Sequence record: NZ_CP072340.1
Strand: one strand, 5' to 3'
DNA: 64,000 nucleotides
Source: a plasmid
The notes under the pieces are model-generated. The model did not search any database, was not told the DNA's origin, and was given only the letters and a program-made list of their open reading frames with translations. The position numbers were made by a program, and so were the translations under genes. Shown here piece by piece: positions 19,960 through 27,770 of the stretch (position 1 is its first letter; every line of letters begins with the position of its first letter).

Positions 19960-20080
19960 TTGTTGTCATGACTATCTATTGTCAAAACTATATATCGTCA
20001 AAATAATCTATCGATAAAACTATCTATCGACACTTCGACATCTCGATTTGTCGAACTATCGAATTATCGATAAAACAACA
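19960..20080. repeat. iteron-like TATCGA/ATCGAT repeat array
   Basis: ctatcgataaaactatctatcgacacttcgacatctcgatttgtcgaactatcgaattatcgataaaac. Confidence 0.6.
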
Positions 20081-20303
20081 AAATAATAAAAGGAACGAGC
20101 CGGCACCTCATCTCATTACCGCAATAACACAGATGGATCTCCTTTGGTCTTTTCTCTTGTTTTCTCTCTATTTCCCTGCTTATCCTCATTTCTTGCAGCG
20201 GTGCTTCCGAGGGTTTACTTTTGCACTTGATAAGTACGGCAATGGACTGCATAACAGTTTGTTTGCCGAGTAACAATAAAGTAATCAAAACAAAATTAAG
20301 GCA

Positions 20304-20573
20304 ATGAAACTCATTATCATCGACCGCAAAGCGTGGGAGCGACACCACTCCGAATTTGCAGACTTTATCCACAGTATCGAACAACTCATCGGCAATCCGC
20401 CCGAAACGGACGAATGGCTTGACAACGAAGCCGTGTGCAAGCGTTTGGGCATCAGCAAACGTACCCTGCAATCATACAGAGATACGGGGAAAATCCCTTT
20501 CTCAATGATTGGACACAAGTGCTATTACAAGGAGAGCGACATCACGGAGTTACTGAACGCAAACAATGAATGA
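20304..20573 (+). CDS. Xis-like helix-turn-helix protein
   Basis: AVCKRLGISKRTLQSYRDTGKIPF; paralog 37670..37948. Confidence 0.65.
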   Translation: MKLIIIDRKAWERHHSEFADFIHSIEQLIGNPPETDEWLDNEAVCKRLGISKRTLQSYRDTGKIPFSMIGHKCYYKESDITELLNANNE

Positions 20574-20576
20574 ACT

Positions 20577-20891
20577 ATGACAGAGAACGAAATCATTACA
20601 CAGCAAGCCCCTCAGATGCAGATGTTTGCACAACTGATGGAGGGCATCTTAAAGAAACTGGAGCGTTATTGCGCTACCGCCCGTCCGATGCTGGGCGGAG
20701 AGGTTTACCTCACTGGCGAGGAGGTTTGCAGCCAATTACGGCTCAGCACACGCACGCTCCAAGAGTACAGAAACTTAGGAACACTTCCTTTCTACAAAAT
20801 CGGAGGGAAGATACTTTACAAACAGAGCGACATACAAACAATGCTTGAAAGGCATTATAACGCAATACCCAAGAAATTATGGCAAGAATAG
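20577..20891 (+). CDS. Xis-like helix-turn-helix protein
   Basis: EEVCSQLRLSTRTLQEYRNLGTLPFYKIGGKILY; paralog 37952..38266. Confidence 0.65.
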   Translation: MTENEIITQQAPQMQMFAQLMEGILKKLERYCATARPMLGGEVYLTGEEVCSQLRLSTRTLQEYRNLGTLPFYKIGGKILYKQSDIQTMLERHYNAIPKKLWQE

Positions 20892-21385
20892 ATGAACAAA
20901 GGAAACAGCGTCTGGAACAAGCCCTTCGAGATATGGGCAATTATGGCGTTAAGCTCCGCAAGCCAGAAGAGTTGCCCGATTTTGATCAGCCCATAGATTA
21001 TGAAGAGGAAAAGAAAAGATTTGAGCCTGTTAAAGTTGAGGAACAAAATGACAAGGAGAGTCACAAGGACTATTCTCAACCGTCCAATCAAGAAACAGAG
21101 TTGTCACCAAAGGAAAGGGCTACTTCTACTGAAGAGAATCATCAACGAATGGGAAAAACAAGGGACAGGAAGCAATTATCCGAGTTTCAGGGGAAATATC
21201 TCCAGCCCTTTCGCAACAGCCACCGCAAAGCCGTGTATGTATCAGAGGAAACTCAACGAAAGTTGGACTTCGTGGTGAGGAAAATCGGTGAGCAGGGAGC
21301 AAGCGTTTCAGGATATGTGGAGCAGGTGCTTCGAGAACATCTCGACCAATACAAAGATGATGTGGAAAGATGGCGGAAACTCTGA
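20879..21385 (+). CDS. DUF3408-like protein (TraB/TraC-related C-terminal domain)
   Basis: N-term MARIDEQRKQRLEQALRDMGNYGV resembles TraB 61333..61857; C-term ..VSGYVEQVLREHLDQYKDD matches TraB/TraC C-termini. Confidence 0.55.
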   Translation: MARIDEQRKQRLEQALRDMGNYGVKLRKPEELPDFDQPIDYEEEKKRFEPVKVEEQNDKESHKDYSQPSNQETELSPKERATSTEENHQRMGKTRDRKQLSEFQGKYLQPFRNSHRKAVYVSEETQRKLDFVVRKIGEQGASVSGYVEQVLREHLDQYKDDVERWRKL

Positions 21386-21394
21386 AGTACTGCA

Positions 21395-21595
21395 TTCCTC
21401 GAATGCAAGCCTACGCCGAGTTACTGTATTCAGTGAATGCAGTAACACGGCATGGGCTTATAATCCCATTTTCTACATCAGCAAGGTGTGTCTTTGTCCG
21501 ACAAACTACCGTTTGTCCCACAAAAACCCTTGCCCCGAAGGGGATTAAATCACTCCAAAGTCGTGATTAGACAACAAACAAAACAAGTTAAGATT
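21395..21595. promoter_or_regulatory. oriT-like conserved block upstream of MobA-like gene
   Basis: aaggtgtgtctttgt..tttgtcccacaaaaacccttgccccgaagggga..ctccaaagtcgtgattaga shared with 38335-38577 and (inverted) 59986-60110. Confidence 0.5.
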
Positions 21596-22021
21596 ATGCC
21601 TAAATTAGAAATAGCCAACAACAACCGCTACGGTCATCGTAGGATAGAAGAAGTGCCACGCTGGGACAGATGGGACACCCGTATGCCAGATGTGAAAGAC
21701 CAACTGCGAGCCATCGACCTGTACAACAAGTCGGGGGCAGTGAGCAAGTCCGATTTCGTTCGTGCCCGTATCCTTGGAGAGAGATTCAAGGTGATAATGG
21801 TGGATAAGTCCGCAGTTGAGTATTACCGCAAGCTCTCTGAACTCACAGCCCAAGTACATAAGATTGGCATAAACTATAATCAAGTCGTCCGCTTGATGCA
21901 CCTTTATACGGCAGAGAAAAGTGTAAAAGCTTTGTTGCAGGAACTTATCCAACTAACAAAAGAACTCACTACCTTCCAAGAGAAAGCAGTGAGTTTAACC
22001 ATTGACTATCGGGAGAGATAA
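21596..22021 (+). CDS. MobA-like relaxosome accessory protein
   Basis: Homolog of backbone mobA (59566..59985) and of 38578..39006; ORF-track start 21488 lies in conserved noncoding block. Confidence 0.7.
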   Translation: MPKLEIANNNRYGHRRIEEVPRWDRWDTRMPDVKDQLRAIDLYNKSGAVSKSDFVRARILGERFKVIMVDKSAVEYYRKLSELTAQVHKIGINYNQVVRLMHLYTAEKSVKALLQELIQLTKELTTFQEKAVSLTIDYRER

Positions 22022-22037
22022 GGAATGTGCGATGGAA

Positions 22038-22523
22038 TTATATTCCCCCAAGCATTTTTTGCAGCAGATTGCCCGATGTTCGTGTTATTTGGAAGTCTAT
22101 GGTTTGGTTTTCTACTGTTTTTATGTCGGCTGGCTTGAAACGACAAAGGGCTTCCTGACGCTCCAATGTGTCACGGACGGAAGAAAGGTCCTGTATCTGC
22201 CCTGCAAACGTTCCATAGGGAGATTGCAGATAAATCATTTGTCTGTTTACATTGTCGGGGCGTTTATTCTCGAACTTTAATAAGATGGTTATATCTGTGC
22301 TGTCCGCTGGTGTTGCGGTTGTTGCTCCGTGTACGGTAGCCGTTCCCGAATACACTTGTTTATAAGGCAGGAAATAGGCTACGGCTAACAGACAAAGCAA
22401 AACAGCTCCTATGGCAGTAATACCATAACGAACGAGAGATGAGGGTATCTGCCCCACGATGCTGCGTACTTTCTCGCTGCGGAGCTCAAAACTCCGTTCC
22501 TGTTTCTTTTCCTGGTTTTCCAT
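22038..22523 (-). CDS. short HlyD-family-like membrane protein (periplasmic adaptor N-terminus, 161 aa)
   Basis: Cytoplasmic N-term, one TM helix, then ...SGTATVHGA like HlyD/CvaA N-termini; 1-nt gap to upstream ABC gene. Confidence 0.4.
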   Translation of the reverse strand: MENQEKKQERSFELRSEKVRSIVGQIPSSLVRYGITAIGAVLLCLLAVAYFLPYKQVYSGTATVHGATTATPADSTDITILLKFENKRPDNVNRQMIYLQSPYGTFAGQIQDLSSVRDTLERQEALCRFKPADIKTVENQTIDFQITRTSGNLLQKMLGGI

Positions 22524-22524
22524 A

Positions 22525-24738
22525 TCAGTTACCCAATTCTAATTGATTCTTCACTAAGGCAAAATATTTACCACGTTTAGCAGTCAGATCCTCGTGTGTA
22601 CCTACCTCTACAATTTTACCTTCATCCAAAACTACAATTTGGTCGGCATCGCGAACAGTGGAAAGGCGGTGTGCCACTACTACAACTGTTTTTCCCTTGT
22701 AGAACTCCGAGAGGTTTTCTGTAATGGCTCGTTCATTGTTGGCATCGAGGGCATTGGTCGCTTCATCCAGAAAGACAAACATTGGATTCTTATAGACTAC
22801 CCTTGCTATCAAAATGCGTTGTCGTTGTCCCTGACTGATGCCCTGTCCGTCCTGTCCTATCATCGTGTTGTAAGCCAAAGGCAGGGCTTCGATGTAGTCA
22901 GCGATGTTTGCCACACGGGCAGCATGGCGGATACGTTCGATGTCGGGTTCATCATCCGATATGGCAATATTCCTCGCAATGGTATCGGAGAAGAGATACC
23001 CCTCCTGCATTACCGCACCGCATTGGCTTCGCCACCAGCCGAGATTATATTCATTCAGATTGGCACTGCCGACTTGAACGCTTCCTTTCAGAGGTTCATA
23101 GAACCCCAACAAGAGTTTAACGAGTGTGGTCTTTCCGCTTCCACTCGCCCCCACGATTGCGGTTACTTTGCCGTTAGGTATGGAGAGATTGATGTCTGAG
23201 AGAATATCTTTTGGGCTGTAGATGTCGTATTTGAAAGAGAGGTCTTTTATCTTGAGGGAATGTCCCTCAAGTGTTTCGTCAATGTAGGCATTCCGTGTTC
23301 TTTTCGCATTCTCCTCGTTAGTCTCTGTATGAATTTCGTTCATACGGTCAAGGCTGATGCTCACGTCTTGCCAAGAATAGATAAACTGAATGAGCTGTTC
23401 CACGGGGCTGTTGAGCTGTCCAATGATGTACTGCACTGCCAGCATCATACCAAGCGTCATATTGCCTTGTATGACAGAAGTTGCAGCAAAAACGGTAATC
23501 AAGATATTTTTTATCTCGTTGATGGTGATGCTTCCTGCCTGTTGTATTTGCTGAAGATTAAGACTTTGCAGATTGACCTTGAAAAGGTCGGCTTGCACGT
23601 CCTCCCATTCCCAACGCTTGCGCTGCTCACATCCCTGCAACTTGATTTCCTGCATACCACCTATGAGTTGGTAGGTAACGTTGCGGTTTCGCCCTGCCTG
23701 CTCGAAATATTTGTAGTCCAACTGCCTGCGCTTTTTGAGAAAAAGGATAATCCATCCGGCATAAAGCGATGTCCCCGAGAGGAATACAAGGAAGATGCCA
23801 AGATTATAGACTGCAAGGACGACACCGAAGACAAGGAAGGTGAAGAACGAGAATAGCAGGCTCAGACTGCTTGAGGTGAGGAACTGCTCCACACGTCGGT
23901 GGTCTTCAATACGTTGCAAGAGGTCGCCCATCAGTTTGGTGTCGAAGAACTTCATCGGTAGTTTCATCAATTTGATGAAGAAATCCGAGATGAGCGAGAT
24001 ATTGATACGTGTGGAGATGTGCAGGAGTATTTTGGAGCGGATAAAGTCGATGGCGGTACGGCTGAAAAGTAGCATCATTTCTGCCAAGAGCACTAACCAT
24101 ACAAAGCCTATATCCTTTCCTCCTATACCTGTATCAACGATGGCTTGAGTGAGGAAGGGGAAAATGAGTTGCAGGAGCGAGCCGAGCAACAGACCGAGAA
24201 TGAGTTGCGTAAAGAATCTCTTGTACTTTTTGAGATAGTTCCAAAGGAACTTCGCGCGGCTTTGAGTCGGTGCTGTTTCTGTATCGTTTTGAGCATAGAA
24301 CTGTTCTGTCGGTTCAAGAAGAAGGGCGACACCTTTCTCCTCACCGTTGGTCTTAGTACTTACCCAATGCTCGCAGAACTCCTCTTGGGTATAGGAAACA
24401 AGTCCTTTGCCAGGGTCGGCAACATATACGGTATATTTTCCTTTTTTGTGCTTTTTTATTTTATAGACAACAACAAAATGATTTTGATTCCAATGAACAA
24501 TGCAGGGCAAAGGAACTTCAAATGCAAGTGTATCAAAACTTAATCGACCTCCAACAGTCTTGAAACCGATAGTTTCTGCAGCCTTACTGATACCAAGCAA
24601 AGAAACTCCCTCTCGATTTAATGAACAAACTGTTCTAATTGAATCAATATTAAAATCGCGACCATAATGCTTAACTATCATTGCTAAGCAAGAAGGTCCA
24701 CAATCTTTTGCGTCACGTTGTCTAACTAAGGTGTACAT
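22525..24738 (-). CDS. peptidase-C39-domain ABC transporter (double-glycine peptide-processing exporter)
   Basis: C39 motif DCGPSCLAMIVKHYG; 6 TM region; Walker A GASGSGKTT, LSQGQRQRILIARVV, FVFLDEATNALD. Confidence 0.9.
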   Translation of the reverse strand: MYTLVRQRDAKDCGPSCLAMIVKHYGRDFNIDSIRTVCSLNREGVSLLGISKAAETIGFKTVGGRLSFDTLAFEVPLPCIVHWNQNHFVVVYKIKKHKKGKYTVYVADPGKGLVSYTQEEFCEHWVSTKTNGEEKGVALLLEPTEQFYAQNDTETAPTQSRAKFLWNYLKKYKRFFTQLILGLLLGSLLQLIFPFLTQAIVDTGIGGKDIGFVWLVLLAEMMLLFSRTAIDFIRSKILLHISTRINISLISDFFIKLMKLPMKFFDTKLMGDLLQRIEDHRRVEQFLTSSSLSLLFSFFTFLVFGVVLAVYNLGIFLVFLSGTSLYAGWIILFLKKRRQLDYKYFEQAGRNRNVTYQLIGGMQEIKLQGCEQRKRWEWEDVQADLFKVNLQSLNLQQIQQAGSITINEIKNILITVFAATSVIQGNMTLGMMLAVQYIIGQLNSPVEQLIQFIYSWQDVSISLDRMNEIHTETNEENAKRTRNAYIDETLEGHSLKIKDLSFKYDIYSPKDILSDINLSIPNGKVTAIVGASGSGKTTLVKLLLGFYEPLKGSVQVGSANLNEYNLGWWRSQCGAVMQEGYLFSDTIARNIAISDDEPDIERIRHAARVANIADYIEALPLAYNTMIGQDGQGISQGQRQRILIARVVYKNPMFVFLDEATNALDANNERAITENLSEFYKGKTVVVVAHRLSTVRDADQIVVLDEGKIVEVGTHEDLTAKRGKYFALVKNQLELGN

Positions 24739-24804
24739 TTATGATATATAAAACTATACTAAAAATACTATACTAAAGTAAATATTAAATTTGCAAAAAT
24801 ATTA

Positions 24805-27141
24805 TCACTGCAAATTCAATCGTTTCTGATTGCTTTCATTGGTGTTCAATCTTCTAAATGTATCCTTAAATCCATTGAATGTATATTTAATGGTCAGTAA
24901 AAGAAAGCGACTATCGAAATCAGGAGTTGTTTGTACTTTGATATTATCTATGAATACATTTGTTTTTGATATAGATTTATGTAATAAATCGTTACCTCTC
25001 AAGATAATTTGTAAACGATTATCTTTGAAGAAATTTTGCCGTATCCAAAAAGATAAACCATACTTAGGTGATTCCAATACTCCCAAGAAACCATTTTTTG
25101 AAGAGTAAGATAAATCTATAGACGCCATCATTTGCTTAGTAATGTCAAATTGATTGACCAAGGTAAATGCAATATTTGGATTTCTAGGTGCATAAGTATC
25201 TAAGTATTTAATTTTTGTTGGAATATAACGAAATGAAGCATTATAAGCAAATCTATATATACCGAATTTATCTGAATAACTTGCATTAAACAACCATGTA
25301 TTGTAATCTACATTGACGGGAGAATTCAATAGAGCTCCATTTAATTCAGAATTTTCGGTGAACTTCCACAAAACAGCATTAGCGTCATGTATGTATCTTC
25401 CCTGTAAGACAAATTTATTCTTCCATACCATAGATAAGGAATAAATGTATCTATCATTAGATTTAAGAGATGAATTACCTTTTTCATATAAATAAGGATT
25501 TATATAATGCAAAAGAGGGGAAATATCCCTAAACATTGGTCGTGAATTCTGAGTAATAATACTTCCAATGAATAGCAAATCGGGATTTATCTGCCATTGG
25601 GCTGTTATACGAGGAAAGAGTTTAAAGTATGTATCAGTAATACTATTTGTTTTATTTTGCTCATATTCAGAATGAAAAATGCTTCCTCTAACCCCTGCGG
25701 TGATAAAGAGTTTATTCCATTTTTGATTTATAGTTGCAAATAAACTGAGTTCATCATCTTGAAGATTACTCGTTATATTATAGAATGGAGTCGTAGTATT
25801 CTCAAAAATGTAATTTGAATAGCCTTTGTTCAGAATAGAATTTCCTTGAAAGCCCATATTTAGAGAGAAACCCTTTTTCGAGTTGTAGTCGTACTCTATC
25901 TTTGTATTAAATGCGTTATAGTCATTTTTACCATTTATCCAAGAACGGTTTTTACTGTTTGATACTAAATCTATCTCTGATTTTGTTTTAGCGTAGAAAT
26001 AACCGCCAGAAACAGATAGTTGTTGCTTATCTGTCATTGTATAATTTACCAACAAATCGGCATTGGCAGAAATATTACGACTTCTTTCATCTTGATGAGT
26101 GTTGGAATATAGTGTATTCAGACCATATTCATAGTTATACTCATCTCCTTGGGTATTCGCTTTCTTATTGGAGATATTTATATCACCCTGAAATGTTATA
26201 TTAAATTTTTGATTGGGTCTGTAACTGAAACTTTCGACAATATGGTGAGCAGGCTTGGAAAGAATTTCATTATTGTAAGAGATGGAAGACCGTTCCGTTT
26301 TCCCTTTAGGGCTTAATACATCGTATTGATTGGTACCTGTGTTATCTTCATTGAGGTATGAAAAATTATAAGACAATAAATTATCCCATTTCTTTTTTGA
26401 TAAAGAAATTCTCAATACATCCTCTTCTGTATACCGCCGTCCGAACAAAGAATTATGTTCCACCTGAGCAGAAAAGTAATCTGTTAATTGTTGGTTTGTT
26501 GTAATAGAAATAATACAACCATATTGAGCCGAATATTTAGCTGGTGGATAGTAATTAACATTTACCGTTTTTATTTGTTCAGGACGGAGCGTACCGATTC
26601 TATCGTATGATTTTTGTTCTACTCCATTCAATATATACAAAGGTGTGCCTCCTGATATAGGTACAACTCTTCCACCGGTCGCCAACATTCCTGGAAGAAA
26701 AGCAAGAACATCTGCAACTTCGGGTAATTTTTTTAACTCTGATTTTGAGACGTCTATTTCAAATGTTCCTTCTGAAACTTTATAGACTGCTCTTTTTCCT
26801 TTAACTATAACCTCTTGCAACGTGTTGGAATTCGGTTCTAACTGGATAACAGTTGGAAGAGGAATAGAGACTCGTGCTTGTTTATATCCCATAAATCTGA
26901 CAGCAATAAATTTACCATCAGTTCCTTCTTTGCTTATATTGAACACCCCTTTTGAATCAGTTGTTGTACTTTTTAAAATTTCTCCTTCTTCTGTAATTAA
27001 TAGTACGGTGGCATAGGGTAAAGGTTCTTGTACCTCATCAACTACGGTAGCTGATAACATCAATGTATCTTGAGGTACTATTGCTGCTTGAGATTGAAAA
27101 CTGAAAACAGAAATTAAAATTAAAATTAAAACACGAAACAT
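24805..27141 (-). CDS. outer-membrane beta-barrel protein (TonB-dependent-receptor-like, N-terminal carboxypeptidase-regulatory-like domain)
   Basis: Signal peptide MFRVLILILISVFSFQSQAA; LSATVVDEVQEPLPYATVLLITEEGE; C-terminal aromatic-rich barrel strands. Confidence 0.7.
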   Translation of the reverse strand: MFRVLILILISVFSFQSQAAIVPQDTLMLSATVVDEVQEPLPYATVLLITEEGEILKSTTTDSKGVFNISKEGTDGKFIAVRFMGYKQARVSIPLPTVIQLEPNSNTLQEVIVKGKRAVYKVSEGTFEIDVSKSELKKLPEVADVLAFLPGMLATGGRVVPISGGTPLYILNGVEQKSYDRIGTLRPEQIKTVNVNYYPPAKYSAQYGCIISITTNQQLTDYFSAQVEHNSLFGRRYTEEDVLRISLSKKKWDNLLSYNFSYLNEDNTGTNQYDVLSPKGKTERSSISYNNEILSKPAHHIVESFSYRPNQKFNITFQGDINISNKKANTQGDEYNYEYGLNTLYSNTHQDERSRNISANADLLVNYTMTDKQQLSVSGGYFYAKTKSEIDLVSNSKNRSWINGKNDYNAFNTKIEYDYNSKKGFSLNMGFQGNSILNKGYSNYIFENTTTPFYNITSNLQDDELSLFATINQKWNKLFITAGVRGSIFHSEYEQNKTNSITDTYFKLFPRITAQWQINPDLLFIGSIITQNSRPMFRDISPLLHYINPYLYEKGNSSLKSNDRYIYSLSMVWKNKFVLQGRYIHDANAVLWKFTENSELNGALLNSPVNVDYNTWLFNASYSDKFGIYRFAYNASFRYIPTKIKYLDTYAPRNPNIAFTLVNQFDITKQMMASIDLSYSSKNGFLGVLESPKYGLSFWIRQNFFKDNRLQIILRGNDLLHKSISKTNVFIDNIKVQTTPDFDSRFLLLTIKYTFNGFKDTFRRLNTNESNQKRLNLQ

Positions 27142-27231
27142 TACAACAAGAAAGTTATAGAGATATAAAGTTGTAAATAAAAATAAAATGTCTGACTATG
27201 AACGAAAGAGCATAGTCAGACACAGAAACTC

Positions 27232-27408
27232 TTAAGGCTTTGTTGTTACTCTGTCAATGATGACAGTCCCATCATCCTTAATCGTTGTTGTAATGGTGGT
27301 TGTTGAACCATCTGCATTGATAATGGTTTTAGTTGCAGTTACATCACCGCCACCATTGATAAAACCCATTTCGTCTTTTGAAAAGACTTCTAAAGCTAAT
27401 GCTTTCAT
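27232..27408 (-). CDS. 58-aa double-glycine-leader peptide precursor (bacteriocin/microcin-like), not in ORF track
   Basis: Translated by hand: MKALALEVFSKDEMGFINGGGDVTATKTIINADGSTTTITTTIKDDGTVIIDRVTTKP; leader LxxxxSKDEMxxIxGG; 90 nt upstream of OM-barrel gene, same strand as C39-ABC. Confidence 0.6.
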   Translation of the reverse strand: MKALALEVFSKDEMGFINGGGDVTATKTIINADGSTTTITTTIKDDGTVIIDRVTTKP

Positions 27409-27649
27409 AACTAAATAGAATAAAGTTTATACTTGGCTCGGTATTCTCCGAACCGTTAATTAAAATTTGGATGTCAGAGTTTCGCACGATGTGCATATTA
27501 ACAGACATTCAATTGCAATATTACGAAAAGAAAACGAGAAAAACAAATTTTTCGCCACGTTTTTTGCGATTTCCATTATTTTGTGTCGTTTTTCATAATG
27601 AAATGACTATCTTTGCAACTATAAATTAAGTGTTCATTGAAGCATTGCA

Positions 27650-27770
27650 AAATAAAGAAAGGGAAAGAAACTCGCTCGTTTCCATCTCGTAACCCATTTA
27701 CCCTTTATTCATTCTTATTTTATTGATTATCTGAAAGATACAATATTCTTGAATCTTTTACGGGCGTAAT
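27650..27770. repeat. conserved right-end block of element 2 (near-identical to 48692-48800)
   Basis: aaagggaaagaaactcgctcgtttccatctcgtaacccatttaccctttattcattcttattttattgattatctgaaagatacaatattcttgaatctttt. Confidence 0.7.

Larger units (their letters stand above)
16321..27770. mobile_element. nested integrative (mobilizable) element 2: integrase pair, Xis-like HTH pair, MobA-like gene, peptide-export cargo; inserted in methylase-helicase gene
   Basis: Left end conserved with element 3 (16428-16495); ~110-bp right end nearly identical to 48692-48800; splits a single gene. Confidence 0.7.

Noticed and set aside
21288-21548. 86-aa and 66-aa ORFs across the oriT-like block (and 38294..38557 in element 3)
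   Set aside because: They span a sequence conserved at nucleotide level in three copies including an inverted-orientation copy, which is better explained as a cis-acting site than as coding.
22002-22280. 92-aa plus-strand ORF overlapping HlyD-like gene
   Set aside because: Overlaps the better-supported minus-strand gene translationally coupled to the ABC exporter; no features.
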